64,000 nt of DNA from an uncultured cyanobacterium (GCA_963793265.1 CAWBZI010000006.1:608001-672000); one strand, 5' to 3'; numbered from the stretch's first letter, positions 1 through 10,169 are shown. Notes: generated from the sequence alone by a model not told the origin. Program-made: numbers and translations.

Positions 1-515
1 GGGCGACCCATCAGGGCGCGGGCGATCGCTAACTGCTGCTGCTGCCCCCCACTCAAATCTCCCCCCATCCGCGAAAGCATCTGCTTCAGCACAGGAAAAA
101 GCTGCATAATATCTTCTGGAATAGTGTCGCGATCGCCCTTCTCCCGTGTCGCCTTCGCCTCCAATCCAATAATCAAATTCTCTTTCACCGTCAGTCGAGG
201 AATCACCTCACGCCCCTGCGGCACGTAGCCGATGCCGAGTCTTGCTCTTTTATTAGTGGGTAAAGGGAGTAGCGATCGCCCCTCATACTCAATCCGCCCA
301 CTGCGCGGAGCCAGCAGGCCAATAATTGTCTTAAGCATGGTTGTTTTGCCCACGCCATTGCGCCCAATCAGGCAAACCATCTTGCCTTTTGGAATCGTCA
401 TATCTACGTCGCGCAAGATATGACTTTCTCCGTAATAGACATTGAGTCCAGAAACCTTAAGCGTCGGCGCAGTCGTGGCGGCTGAGACAGGCGGCAATAC
501 AGAAGCTTGAATCAT
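1..515 (-). CDS. urtE: Urea ABC transporter ATP-binding subunit UrtE (3' end runs off the window)
   Basis: Translated by hand from ATG at 515: MIQASVLPP...LKVSGLNVYYGESHILRDV...GRNGVGKTT (Walker A) ...GDLSGGQQQQLAIARAL. Directly downstream of urtD. Not in the ORF track because it is truncated. Confidence 0.93.
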   Translation of the reverse strand, partial: MIQASVLPPVSAATTAPTLKVSGLNVYYGESHILRDVDMTIPKGKMVCLIGRNGVGKTTMLKTIIGLLAPRSGRIEYEGRSLLPLPTNKRARLGIGYVPQGREVIPRLTVKENLIIGLEAKATREKGDRDTIPEDIMQLFPVLKQMLSRMGGDLSGGQQQQLAIARALMGR

Positions 516-523
516 GACAAATA

Positions 524-569
524 TCTCTTATCCCTTGTTCTCTTATTCTCTTATCCCTTGTTCTCTTAT
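524..569. repeat. Perfect 23-bp tandem duplication (TCTCTTATCCCTTGTTCTCTTAT x2) in the urtD-urtE spacer
   Basis: Positions 524-546 are identical to 547-569. Confidence 0.9.
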
Positions 570-595
570 ATAGAGGCAAATTTATGAAGGCAGAT

Positions 596-1375
596 CTAAT
601 GCGCGTCTGGGTCGCCCAAATACACCTTAACCACACGAGGATCAACCTGAATTTCGTCCATTGTCCCCTCACACAGAACGCTGCCCTCATGCAGCACCGT
701 TACCTTATTATCTCGGGCAATCTGACGCACAAATTCCATATCGTGTTCAATCACTATCACCCCATGACTTTGCGCCAAAGAGATCAATAGCTCGCCCGTG
801 CGCTCAGTCTCTTCATCGGTCAATCCTGCCACCGGCTCGTCTACCAGTAGTAGATCTGGCGACTGTGCCACCAGCATTCCAATCTCTAGCCATTGCTTTT
901 CACCATGAGAAAGCAGCGCCGCCGGTACATCGGCCTTAGCACTGAGCCCCACCGTTTCAAGCAACCCACCCACTGTTCGAGACTCCGCTTTTGGCGTCGG
1001 CTTAAATAGCGTATTCCAAACCGTTTTGGTGCGATTGCAAGAAAGTTCTAAATTCTCTCGTGGGGTCAGGTTCAAATACACGCGGGGCGTTTGGAATTTA
1101 CGACCAATGCCAAGGCGGGCGATCGCATGTTCTGGCATCGCCTTAATGTCTTTTCCCTTAAATAAGGCTCGCCCCTCAGTCGGCTGCACTTTCCCCGTAA
1201 TCACATCCAAAAAGGTCGTCTTCCCCGCCCCGTTTGGCCCGATAATCACCCGTAGCTCTTGCGATCGCACCGCAAAATTCAGACCATTAATCGCCTTAAA
1301 GCCATCAAAGCTAACGGTCACATCCTCAATCTTCAACAGGGGAACCGTTGGTTTCTCTAATACATCTGTAGGCAC
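596..1375 (-). CDS. urtD: Urea ABC transporter ATP-binding subunit UrtD
   Basis: GPNGAGKTT Walker A, LSHGEKQWLEIGM, LLLVDEP Walker B; operon context. Confidence 0.95.
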   Translation of the reverse strand: MPTDVLEKPTVPLLKIEDVTVSFDGFKAINGLNFAVRSQELRVIIGPNGAGKTTFLDVITGKVQPTEGRALFKGKDIKAMPEHAIARLGIGRKFQTPRVYLNLTPRENLELSCNRTKTVWNTLFKPTPKAESRTVGGLLETVGLSAKADVPAALLSHGEKQWLEIGMLVAQSPDLLLVDEPVAGLTDEETERTGELLISLAQSHGVIVIEHDMEFVRQIARDNKVTVLHEGSVLCEGTMDEIQVDPRVVKVYLGDPDAH

Positions 1376-1397
1376 AACAGAAATCTCCTTTTAATGG

Positions 1398-2642
1398 CTA
1401 TGAATTAGGCCGCTGAGTCGCAGCCGGATCGGGCTCTACGGTCGTAACTTGGCCAGGCGGCGATACTGACGACGAGCCGTACATCTCCGCTTCCTGACGA
1501 ATTCTCTCGTCCACTTCCAACTGCGGGTAAGTTGCTGACGGCGTAGGTTTGCCAAAGAGCGATCTGAACTGATCTACCGCTCGATACCGCGCCCAGCCAA
1601 CAATTCCATCGGGCAGCACCGTTACGACAATCAAGAACAAAGCACCCTGGAAAAACAGCCAAATCGTCGGATAGTTTTCACTCAGTAGCGCCTGCCCGCC
1701 GCGCACCGCTAGCGCACCAACAATCGCGCCAATCAGCGTACCGCGACCGCCCACCGCCACCCAAATCACCATCTCAATCGAGAAAGCAATATCCATATAC
1801 TGCGGCGACACAATCCCCGATTGCACCGTATACAGCGCCCCCGCAACCCCAGCAATACCGCCCGAAACCGCAAACACCAGCACCTTAAACGCCGTTGGAT
1901 CGTAGCCTGAAAATCGCAGCCGGTTCTCGTCGTCCCGAATTGCAATCAGCATTCGCCCAAAGCGCCCACTGGTTAGCCAGCGACATAGGCCGTATGAGAG
2001 CGCCAGCATCAGCACCGTTATGCAGTAAAAAGTAAACTGCATGTTGTCGCCACCGACTGACTGACCAAACATCGTGGCTGTATTTGTCTTTAGGCCGTTG
2101 GTGCCATTAATTAGCTCTTGCTGACCGTTGAAGAAGTTAAAAAAGACGACTAGCGCGGCCTGCGTGAGGATAGAGAAATAGACGCCGCGAATGCGGTTGC
2201 GAAACACCAGGTAGCCGAGCGCGCCAGCAATCAGCGTTGGAATTAGGAAAATTGCAATTAGCGTGAAAGGGAATGAGTAAAACGGCTTCCAAAACCACGG
2301 TAGCTCGGAGACACCGTACAGGCTAAAGAAATCAGGAATACCGTCTCCGATGCCTTGCAGTTGCAAGAACATGGCAAAGGCATAGCCGCCAAGGGCAAAA
2401 AATATGCCGTGTCCTAAGCTAAGTAGGCCGGTAAAGCCCCAGATTAGGTCAATGCCTAAGGCGACGATTGCCAAAGAGAGAAAGCGACTGAAAAGACCTA
2501 AGCGAAAGTTTGAAATAAATGAGGGGACTACGAAGATGAGAATGAGGGCGATCGCACACACCGCAATCACCTCTAACCGCTTCCGCCCCTTTGCCTTTTT
2601 AGGCGCAGTTGAAATGCCCGAATCTGTTACAACACCAGCCAT
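1398..2642 (-). CDS. urtC: Urea ABC transporter permease UrtC
   Basis: LivM-like permease (GIDLIWGFTGLLSLGHG, AIRDDENRLRFSGY); operon context. Confidence 0.95.
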   Translation of the reverse strand: MAGVVTDSGISTAPKKAKGRKRLEVIAVCAIALILIFVVPSFISNFRLGLFSRFLSLAIVALGIDLIWGFTGLLSLGHGIFFALGGYAFAMFLQLQGIGDGIPDFFSLYGVSELPWFWKPFYSFPFTLIAIFLIPTLIAGALGYLVFRNRIRGVYFSILTQAALVVFFNFFNGQQELINGTNGLKTNTATMFGQSVGGDNMQFTFYCITVLMLALSYGLCRWLTSGRFGRMLIAIRDDENRLRFSGYDPTAFKVLVFAVSGGIAGVAGALYTVQSGIVSPQYMDIAFSIEMVIWVAVGGRGTLIGAIVGALAVRGGQALLSENYPTIWLFFQGALFLIVVTVLPDGIVGWARYRAVDQFRSLFGKPTPSATYPQLEVDERIRQEAEMYGSSSVSPPGQVTTVEPDPAATQRPNS

Positions 2643-2644
2643 CT

Positions 2645-3817
2645 CTATACCTCCGCCGAGCGGCCTTTAGGCGGAAATAGTCCCGCCGGGCGCACCTGTA
2701 AAAACACAATAATCAAGGCAAACACCATCACTTTTGCCATGCTCGTTGTCGCAAAAAAGTTAAAGAAGTCCGTCACCGGCTGCAAGCCTTCATAAGAACT
2801 CAGCAGCAGCGGCACCGTTCCTGAACCCAACAAGTAGGTCAAAACGCCAATGGCCAGCGCTGCAATCACGCTACCCAACAAGTTTCCAACACCGCCTACC
2901 ACCACGACCATAAAGGCGTCCACAATATAGTTCACGCCTAAGTTTGGCCCCACAGAGCCCAGCAGCGTCACCGCAAATCCAGCGACACCTGCTAATCCTG
3001 AACCCAGCGCAAACGTCATCGCATCGACTTGAGCGGTTGGAATACCTAAGCAAGCGCTCATATCCCGGTTTTGAGTCACCGAGCGAATGCGTAAGCCCCA
3101 AGCTGATTTTTGTAAGAACCAATACACGCCAATTAAACACAAGATCGTCAGCGCAATGATAAACAATCTAGAGATTGGAAACTGTAGCGTATCGCTCGCC
3201 GAAAAGCTCCCCTGTAGCCATCGGGGCGCAGTAACGTCCACATTGCGCGTGCTGAACCAGGGTTTTGCCAGGTCTGCATTGTCGTTAAGGCCGTTGCCGA
3301 ACGTCCAGGCGATCGCCCCCGACAGCAAAAACAGCACCGTACTCGCCAAATTCTGCCTGGGCGCACTCAGCCGAGCAAAGCGATCCAGCAGCCATTTACC
3401 GCCAAAGAACAGCCCGCAAAACAGCACCAGCCCCACGACCATCGACCAGCTCACGCTGCGCACAAACTGTCGCAAAATCAGGCTCACGCCCCAGGTTGCC
3501 AGCAGCGTCTCCAAAGGCCGTCCGTACAAAAAGCGAATCACCCCACGTTCTAAAGCCAGCCCCACCAGCGCTGCCACCAAAAAAGCCAGCGGAATCGCCG
3601 CCCAAATATACAGATCTTGCCAGCCCTCCCCCAGCTCCTTGAAGCCGCTTTGCACCACATATGTCGTATAGGCACCTAGCATCATCAGCTCGCCGTGCGC
3701 CAAATTGATCACGCCCATCAGACCAAACACAATCGCCAGTCCGAGCGCCACAATTAACAGCACCGTGCCAATGCTAATGCCGTTAAATACCGTCGTAATT
3801 AACCCGTTTAAATCCAT
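2645..3817 (-). CDS. urtB: Urea ABC transporter permease UrtB
   Basis: LivH-like permease (GLMGVINLAHGELMMLGAY, LYGRPLETLLATWG). Confidence 0.95.
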   Translation of the reverse strand: MDLNGLITTVFNGISIGTVLLIVALGLAIVFGLMGVINLAHGELMMLGAYTTYVVQSGFKELGEGWQDLYIWAAIPLAFLVAALVGLALERGVIRFLYGRPLETLLATWGVSLILRQFVRSVSWSMVVGLVLFCGLFFGGKWLLDRFARLSAPRQNLASTVLFLLSGAIAWTFGNGLNDNADLAKPWFSTRNVDVTAPRWLQGSFSASDTLQFPISRLFIIALTILCLIGVYWFLQKSAWGLRIRSVTQNRDMSACLGIPTAQVDAMTFALGSGLAGVAGFAVTLLGSVGPNLGVNYIVDAFMVVVVGGVGNLLGSVIAALAIGVLTYLLGSGTVPLLLSSYEGLQPVTDFFNFFATTSMAKVMVFALIIVFLQVRPAGLFPPKGRSAEV

Positions 3818-3946
3818 TCCAGCAGCTCTCGTTTTTTGTGTTGATCGCTCACTTTCGCACCTATATAAAAGGGCCGAAAGTCTTAAAAAACCTCCAGCCC
3901 TTCATCGTCAACCTGGCAGAATATCTATCCCAACCAACATACCGAC

Positions 3947-5257
3947 CTAGATTTCCTCAGCCTTGTACTTACCACCCTTCTCAGCATCAGACCAGTCACA
4001 GGCGTAACCCTTTGTGTCTGCAACATACTGATTCCAGGGAATTGGATCTAGCGGCCCATCGGTAGCAGAAACAATATCAAAGAGGCCGTCTTCGCGCACT
4101 TCACCAATTCGTACCGTCTTAGAAATATGGTGGTTAGGCTGCATGGTCACAAGACCTTCAGGCGCATCAAACGTTTGGCCATAAGCCGCCTCACGCACAG
4201 CCGCAATATCTGTTGTACCCGCCTGCTCTACAGCCTGCGCCCACAGATACACCATAATGTAGGCCGCTTCCATCGGGTCATTCGTCACCCGATCGTCGCC
4301 GTACTTCGCCTTAAAGTCAGCCACCCACTTTTCATTCTCAGGGCTCTCAACCGTTTGGAAGTAGTTCCAGGCCGCGTAATGACCTTCTAAAAACTCAGGC
4401 CCAATTGTCCGAACTTCTTCTTCTGCAATACTGACCGACATCACAGGATACTGGTCAGGCCCCATGCCCGCACTCTTCATTTGCTTAAAGAGAGCAACGT
4501 TGCTGTCGCCGTTCAAGCTGTTGAAGATAACGCCGCCATTCGGCATCGCCTGCTTAATTTTATTGATAATCGGTGTGACTTCCGAGTTACCCAAAGGCAA
4601 GTAGTCCTCACCGGCAACCGTGCCACCGTTTGCAGCTAGCTGCTCTTTAATAATATTGTTCGCAGTGCGCGGGAATACATAGTCAGAGCCGACTAAAAAG
4701 AACTCTTTTCCCTTGTTCTCTAGCAGCCAGTCCACCGCAGGCTCAATCTGCTGGTTAGGTGCTGCGCCCGTATAGAAAATATTTTTAGAACACTCCTGGC
4801 CCTCGTACTGTACGGGGTACCAAAGCATGTGGTCTTTTTCTTCAAACACAGGCAGCACGGCTTTGCGGCTAGCCGATGTCCAGCAGCCAAACACCACGGC
4901 AACTTCATCTTGATCAATTAGCTTCTCTGCTTTCTCTGCAAAGGTAGGCCAGTCAGAAGCGCCGTCTTCTTTAACCGCAACAATTTGCTTTCCCAGCACG
5001 CCGCCAGCAGCGTTAATCTCTTCAATCGCCAGCTCTTCAGCATCGACGACGGTGGTTTCACTAATCGCCATCGTGCCGCTCAAAGAGTGCAAAATGCCGA
5101 CCTTAATCACATCATCGCCACCGGCTGCAACGGTCGTTGCATCACTACCGGCATCTGCTGCGGGCTCGCTGCCGCCACCACAGGCGTTTAATAATACGCT
5201 GGCACCCGCTGCTGCTGAGGTGAATGCCAGAAATTTACGTCTACCAAGTTTTCCCAT
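3947..5257 (-). CDS. urtA: Urea ABC transporter substrate-binding lipoprotein UrtA
   Basis: [34 protein letters not shown] motifs. Start placed at ATG 5257 ([14 protein letters not shown], a twin-Arg/lipobox signal). Confidence 0.96.
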   Translation of the reverse strand: MGKLGRRKFLAFTSAAAGASVLLNACGGGSEPAADAGSDATTVAAGGDDVIKVGILHSLSGTMAISETTVVDAEELAIEEINAAGGVLGKQIVAVKEDGASDWPTFAEKAEKLIDQDEVAVVFGCWTSASRKAVLPVFEEKDHMLWYPVQYEGQECSKNIFYTGAAPNQQIEPAVDWLLENKGKEFFLVGSDYVFPRTANNIIKEQLAANGGTVAGEDYLPLGNSEVTPIINKIKQAMPNGGVIFNSLNGDSNVALFKQMKSAGMGPDQYPVMSVSIAEEEVRTIGPEFLEGHYAAWNYFQTVESPENEKWVADFKAKYGDDRVTNDPMEAAYIMVYLWAQAVEQAGTTDIAAVREAAYGQTFDAPEGLVTMQPNHHISKTVRIGEVREDGLFDIVSATDGPLDPIPWNQYVADTKGYACDWSDAEKGGKYKAEEI

Positions 5258-5348
5258 TAACCGATCTCGAACTCCCTTAAAATCATGCTTAAAACAGATG
5301 CCCAGTCGCGCTTTGCAAGGTATAAGCGCTTTTACTGATCGTGGGGGT

Positions 5349-5390
5349 ATCGTATGGCTCCAACATCGCCAAAGTTGTATCACAAGATAC
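5349..5390 (-). promoter_or_regulatory. Canonical NtcA-activated promoter of urtABCDE
   Basis: GTA-N8-TAC site (5377-5390; minus strand GTATCTTGTGATAC), then exactly 22 nt, then a TAN3T -10 box (TACGAT, 5354-5349). Confidence 0.92.
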
Positions 5391-5442
5391 GAAATATGAT
5401 TACGTTCCTGTAATTGAGCGATCGCCTTCTAGCACAAATCCT

Positions 5443-7179
5443 CTAAAACAAAAAATAACGCTGTGCCATGGGCAGCACATCGGCAGGCTCGCAAGTCAGC
5501 AGCTTGCCATCGACCCGCACCTCAAACGTTTCCGGCGTCACCTCAATGTTGGGCAGCGTTCCATTCAGCTTCAGATCAGTTTTTTTCACAGCCCGCGTAT
5601 CAAACACCGGACGCAGCCTTTTTGCATTCAAGCCCACCTGTTCGGCAATGCCTAAATCCATCGCTGCTTGGGAAACAAAAGTGTAGGCAGTGCTAGCGAT
5701 CGCCTTCCCGTAGCTGCCAAACATGGGCCGCATATACACTGGCCCCGGCGTTGAAATACTCGCATTGGCATCGCCCATCTGCGCCCAAGCAATAAAGCCG
5801 CCTTTGACAACAATATCTGGCTTTACGCCAAAGAAAGCGGGATTCCACAGGCAAAGATCGGCCAGCTTGCCTTCTTCTACTGAGCCGACACAGTGAGAAA
5901 TGCCGTGTGCGATCGCTGGATTAATCGTGTACTTCGCCACATACCGCTTAGCCCGATAGTTATCATGCGTCTCACCGTCATTCTCAGGATTCGGCAGTAG
6001 CCCCTTCTGCACCTTCATCTTGTGCGCCGTCTGCCACGTCCGCGTAATCACCTCACCCACTCGCCCCATCGCCTGTGAGTCAGAAGCCATAATACTAAAA
6101 GCCCCCATGTCATGTAGCAAATCCTCAGCGGCAATTGTCTCACGCCGAATCCGAGACTCTGCAAACTTCACATCTTCAGGAATGTTTTTATCGAGGTGAT
6201 GGCACACCATCAGCATGTCTTTGTGCTCATCAAAGGTGTTGATGGTATAAGGCCGCGTTGGATTAGTAGAGGCGGGTAGAACATTGTTGTATTTGCAAAC
6301 CGTGAGAATATCAGGAGAGTGCCCGCCGCCTGCGCCTTCAGTGTGAAAAGTATGAATCACCCGATCTTTAAAGGCCGCAACTGTCGTTTCAACAAACCCA
6401 GACTCATTCAAGGAATCGGTATGAATCGCCACCTGCACATCGTATTCATCAGCCACAGTTAGGCAGGTATCAATCGCCGCTGCCGTGGTGCCCCAGTCTT
6501 CGTGCAGCTTCAGACTCATCGCCCCCGCCTGCACCTGAGCCACTAGCTCTTGAGGCTGACTAGAATTGCCCTTGCCCATAAAGCCAAGGTTCATCGGGAA
6601 AGCTTCAGCCGCTTCTAACATGCGGTGAATGTTCCAAGCGCCGGGTGTACAGGTGGTTGCCAGGGTGCCTGTCGCTGGGCCAGTGCCGCCGCCGAGCATG
6701 GTGGTGACGCCGGATGCGATCGCCACCTCAATCTGCTGCGGACAAATAAAGTGAATATGCGAATCAATCGCCCCTGCCGTTAAGATCTTGCCCTCACCCG
6801 CAATAATCTCCGTACTCGGCCCAATAATAATGTCAATATCGTTTTGCGTATAAGGATTACCCGCCTTTCCGATTTTGGCAATATTGCCATCCTTAATCCC
6901 CACATCCGCCTTCACCACGCCCCACCAGTCTAAAATCAGCGCGTTCGTAATCACCGCATCCACCGCGCCATCTTCTCTAGAAATTGGCGACTGACCCATA
7001 CCATCGCGAATCACCTTACCGCCGCCAAACTTCACCTCGTCGCCGTAGTAGGTGCCGCCGTAGGTTGTCAGGTCTTGTTCCACTTCAATGAATAGTTCGG
7101 TATCGGCTAGGCGAATGCGATCGCCCACCGTTGGCCCAAACGTATCAGCATAATCTCGGCGGCTAATGTAATTACTCAT
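5443..7179 (-). CDS. ureC: Urease alpha subunit
   Basis: [65 protein letters not shown] at 7179 (GTG at 7182 is an alternative). Confidence 0.98.
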   Translation of the reverse strand: MSNYISRRDYADTFGPTVGDRIRLADTELFIEVEQDLTTYGGTYYGDEVKFGGGKVIRDGMGQSPISREDGAVDAVITNALILDWWGVVKADVGIKDGNIAKIGKAGNPYTQNDIDIIIGPSTEIIAGEGKILTAGAIDSHIHFICPQQIEVAIASGVTTMLGGGTGPATGTLATTCTPGAWNIHRMLEAAEAFPMNLGFMGKGNSSQPQELVAQVQAGAMSLKLHEDWGTTAAAIDTCLTVADEYDVQVAIHTDSLNESGFVETTVAAFKDRVIHTFHTEGAGGGHSPDILTVCKYNNVLPASTNPTRPYTINTFDEHKDMLMVCHHLDKNIPEDVKFAESRIRRETIAAEDLLHDMGAFSIMASDSQAMGRVGEVITRTWQTAHKMKVQKGLLPNPENDGETHDNYRAKRYVAKYTINPAIAHGISHCVGSVEEGKLADLCLWNPAFFGVKPDIVVKGGFIAWAQMGDANASISTPGPVYMRPMFGSYGKAIASTAYTFVSQAAMDLGIAEQVGLNAKRLRPVFDTRAVKKTDLKLNGTLPNIEVTPETFEVRVDGKLLTCEPADVLPMAQRYFLF

Positions 7180-7189
7180 CACTCACTCA
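7116..7189. repeat. Direct repeat copy 1: ureC 5' end plus 10 nt of leader
   Basis: 74 bp; matches 8005-8078 with 2 mismatches. Confidence 0.95.
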
Positions 7190-7339
7190 ACCATAAAATT
7201 TAGAAGAACAGTTCAGACGGCGTTTATTTAAACAGCATCTTAGGTAGGCAAAAGAATCGTATCTTTCTAAGGGACGCATGAAAAGCTGAATGCAATCAAT
7301 GAATAGGGCTTCATCAGTTTTCTATGATTTTCTAGGACA

Positions 7340-7357
7340 TAACACATATGTTACTAT
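7340..7357 (+). promoter_or_regulatory. Putative TA operator and -10 box
   Basis: Inverted repeat TAACA-CATA-TGTTA (7340-7353) overlaps TACTAT (7352-7357), 6 nt before the toxin ATG. Confidence 0.6.
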
Positions 7358-7363
7358 CAATCC

Positions 7364-7696
7364 ATGGTGTGGACTATTGAGTACCCTTATCAAGACACTG
7401 AGCAGTTCATTATTGACTTGCCACCTGGCTTGAGCGGGCGATATCTACGACTTGCTGAACTTATGCTGGAGTTTGGATCAAATCTTGGAATGCCTCACAC
7501 TCGGGCGCTGTCTGATGGACTTTTTGAACTGCGCATTAAAGGTAAAGAAGGTATCGCTAGGGTCTTTTACTGCACTCTGGTAAACCAGCGTATCGTCATG
7601 CTCCATGGATTTATAAAGAAATCTCAAAAAACGCCCAAAAAGGAACTAAGGGTTGCTCAGCGCCGTTTAGCAGAGGTCAAAAGCCATGAATCATGA
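7364..7696 (+). CDS. higB: RelE/HigB-family (Gp49-like) toxin
   Basis: LGMPHTRALSDGLFELRIKG..IARVFY..IVMLHGFIKKSQKTPKKEL; toxin-first gene order. Confidence 0.85.
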   Translation: MVWTIEYPYQDTEQFIIDLPPGLSGRYLRLAELMLEFGSNLGMPHTRALSDGLFELRIKGKEGIARVFYCTLVNQRIVMLHGFIKKSQKTPKKELRVAQRRLAEVKSHES

Positions 7697-7985
7697 TGAG
7701 TTGAAGGCAAAGATTCTTTCAAATCCAGAGGTAAAAGCTGCTTATGAAAGTATGAAGCCTGAGTTTGATCTGTTACGACAAATGCTACAGGCCAGGCAAA
7801 ACGCTGGACTGACCCAAGCCGAGGTTGCTGCAAAAATGGGAACTAAAGCGCCTGCTATTACCCGTCTTGAGTCATCTTTAGGGAATGGAAAGCATTCTCC
7901 TTCGCTAGCAACGCTGCAAAGGTACGCTCAAGCCGTAGGTTGCGAACTACAGATAACGTTTGTGCAACAGCCCGATGAGGCTTAA
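7686..7985 (+). CDS. higA: XRE-family HTH antitoxin (HigA-like)
   Basis: RQNAGLTQAEVAAKMGTKAPAITRLE helix-turn-helix; overlaps the toxin stop. Confidence 0.85.
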   Translation: MNHDELKAKILSNPEVKAAYESMKPEFDLLRQMLQARQNAGLTQAEVAAKMGTKAPAITRLESSLGNGKHSPSLATLQRYAQAVGCELQITFVQQPDEA

Positions 7986-8004
7986 TCAACAACGCCTGCG
8001 AGTT

Positions 8005-8078
8005 TGCGATCACCCACCGTCGGCCCAAACGTATCAGCATAATCTCGGCGGCTAATGTAATTACTCATCACTCACTCA
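8005..8078 (-). pseudogene. Direct repeat copy 2: truncated ureC 5' fragment ([21 protein letters not shown], then diverges and stops)
   Basis: Same as 7116-7189 except two synonymous changes. The frame continues KLAGVVD and stops near 7982. Confidence 0.9.
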
Positions 8079-8244
8079 TAAAAAATGGTCAAACTGGCGC
8101 TTAGATAAGCTCTTATTATCAGCATTATCTTGACTGCGAGGCGTTCTGCGCTACTTTGTTCAATAAAAGTAAGCTAGCGCGATCGCCCAGCCTACAAAAG
8201 GTATAATTTTTAGCAGTTTTATCTACGTACAGAGAAATTTCGTC

Positions 8245-8889
8245 ATGGCCCTTTCTCAACTCAATAAGAAAATCACATATAGCACGGCTAGTCTTCTTAC
8301 AGTCGGCATTATTAGCCTGGTCGCTCAGAGCTGTACGGCCGTAGAAGATACCACACTCACTCAAACACCCACGATAGAAAACCCCACAACAGAAACACCT
8401 ACCGCAACAGAAGAACCCGTCGCAGAAAACATCGTCACGATGAACCTGACAGACAAGGACGGCGTAGGCGAAGCAGTCGGCACCGTCACCCTGCAAGACT
8501 CCGAGTACGGCCTGCTCATTACGCCCGATCTCACCGATTTATCTTCCGGCCTCCACGGCTTTCATATCCACGAAAACGCAGCCTGTGGCCCCGGTGAAAA
8601 AGACGGCGAAGTCGTCCCTGGTCTAGCCGCAGGCGGCCACTACGACCCGACAAACACCGGCAGTCACGAAGGCCCTTACGGCAACGGCCACTTGGGCGAT
8701 TTGCCCCCACTTTATGTAGATGCAGATGGTAATGCCACCACCCCAACGCTCGCCCCGCGCCTTACCGTCGCAGATGTCTCAAACCGAGCTTTGATGGTTC
8801 ATATGGATGGCGACAACTTCTCTGATGAACCGGCTGCATTAGGCGGTGGCGGCGCTCGGCTGGCCTGCGGCGTAATTGAGCCAGGATAA
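8245..8889 (+). CDS. sodC: Cu/Zn superoxide dismutase, lipoprotein
   Basis: HGFHIH, GGHYDP, GHLGDLP, GARLACG motifs; signal peptide ending in a lipobox-like AQSC. Confidence 0.95.
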   Translation: MALSQLNKKITYSTASLLTVGIISLVAQSCTAVEDTTLTQTPTIENPTTETPTATEEPVAENIVTMNLTDKDGVGEAVGTVTLQDSEYGLLITPDLTDLSSGLHGFHIHENAACGPGEKDGEVVPGLAAGGHYDPTNTGSHEGPYGNGHLGDLPPLYVDADGNATTPTLAPRLTVADVSNRALMVHMDGDNFSDEPAALGGGGARLACGVIEPG

Positions 8890-8902
8890 ATTTAAAGCCA
8901 TG

Positions 8903-8940
8903 AAAAAGCCCCGGACTCATGCATAAGTCTGGGGCTTTTT
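8903..8940. terminator. Bidirectional intrinsic terminator between convergent sodC and rbp
   Basis: AAAAAGCCCCGGACT-loop-AGTCTGGGGCTTTTT. Confidence 0.88.
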
Positions 8941-8984
8941 ACTTTATGTAGCTAGCAGGCTAGCCGATTGATGAAGCCTACAGC

Positions 8985-9239
8985 TTAGCGACGAGGCTCG
9001 CGAGGCTTGGCTTTATTCACGCGCAAATCGCGGCCCATCCATTCAGCACCGTCAAGTGCATCAATGGCGGCTTGCTCTTCAGCGTCGCTACCCAAGTCTA
9101 CAAAGGCAAAGCCACGTACGCGGCCTGTTTCACGGTCAGTAGGAAGCGTGAGGCGCTTTACAGTGCCATACTCGCCAAATACACCGTTCAAATCGGCCTC
9201 AGTTACATCGTAGGAAAGATTCCCAACATAAACGCCCAT
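8985..9239 (-). CDS. rbp: RRM RNA-binding protein (Rbp), copy 3 in transcription order
   Basis: RNP2 VYVGNL and RNP1 RGFAFV; no Gly-rich tail. Confidence 0.95.
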   Translation of the reverse strand: MGVYVGNLSYDVTEADLNGVFGEYGTVKRLTLPTDRETGRVRGFAFVDLGSDAEEQAAIDALDGAEWMGRDLRVNKAKPREPRR

Positions 9240-9390
9240 ATCAATAGTCTCCGAAAGAAATTAAACAACAGTGGAAGCGGAAGTGGTCATCAGTTGACCA
9301 AGGTTGAAACCAAAGACAGGAAGCTTGACTTGGAAAAAGCAATTCATCACTCTACTTACTAATAGCTTTCTCTTTTACCAAAGAAAGTTC

Positions 9391-9431
9391 GTTGTTTTTG
9401 GTTTGTCTTTTCAGTTCAAACCAAAAACAAC
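9391..9431. terminator. Perfect 15-bp inverted repeat between rbp copies (terminator or processing hairpin)
   Basis: GTTGTTTTTGGTTTG-11 nt-CAAACCAAAAACAAC. The hairpin is certain; its role is inferred. Confidence 0.55.
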
Positions 9432-9500
9432 AGGTCTATAGATAGAGGTTACAGATGAGATTGTTCCTGACGTTAATTATTAGTGATTTTCAAGCGAAAG

Positions 9501-9752
9501 CTATCTAGGCTCGCGAGGCTTAGCTTTGTTGACCCGCAAATCGCGGCCCATCCACTCAGCACCGTCAAGCGCTTCAATCGCAGCGTCTTCTTCAGAATCA
9601 CTGCTCAAATCTACGAAAGCAAAACCCCGTACGCGGCCTGTTTCGCGGTCGGTCGGCAGCGTCACGCGCTTCACCGTACCGTACTCGCCAAAAACGCCGT
9701 TCAGGTCGTCTTGGGTCACATCATAGGAAAGATTTCCTACATAAACGCCCAT
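9501..9752 (-). CDS. rbp: RRM RNA-binding protein (Rbp), copy 2
   Basis: RNP1 and RNP2 motifs. Confidence 0.95.
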   Translation of the reverse strand: MGVYVGNLSYDVTQDDLNGVFGEYGTVKRVTLPTDRETGRVRGFAFVDLSSDSEEDAAIEALDGAEWMGRDLRVNKAKPREPR

Positions 9753-9914
9753 ATCTAATAGTCTCCAAAAAATCGAATGAAATGACGGCCAACAACCAAT
9801 GCAACAAGCCTTAGACTCTCTTGAGAATCCAAGGCAGGTTGAAATATGGGTTAGTCAGCCGGTTGCTGAACACTGAAATGTAACAAAAAGAAATCTAACA
9901 AAAAGGTCAATGGC

Positions 9915-10169
9915 TTAGCGACGCGGTTCGCGAGGCTTGGCTTTGTTGACACGCAGATCGCGGCCCATCCATTCAGCACCGTCGAGCGCTTCAATAGCGG
10001 CATCTTCCTCGGTGTCAGAATCAAGGTCTACGAAGGCAAAACCGCGTACACGACCGGTTTCACGATCAGTAGGTAGGGTGACGCGCTTGACGGTGCCGTA
10101 TTCGGCAAAGACGCTGTTCAAGTCAGCCTCTGTTACGTCATAGGAAAGGTTTCCTACATAAACGCCCAT
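9915..10169 (-). CDS. rbp: RRM RNA-binding protein (Rbp), copy 1
   Basis: RNP1 and RNP2 motifs. Confidence 0.95.
   Translation of the reverse strand: MGVYVGNLSYDVTEADLNSVFAEYGTVKRVTLPTDRETGRVRGFAFVDLDSDTEEDAAIEALDGAEWMGRDLRVNKAKPREPRR

Noticed and set aside
5258..5383. 42-aa N-terminal extension of UrtA in the ORF track
   Set aside because: It overlaps the NtcA site and -10 box; the signal peptide begins at ATG 5257.
7982..8068. 28-aa ORF as a ureC leader peptide
   Set aside because: More simply explained as the remnant of the duplicated ureC start; no evidence of function.
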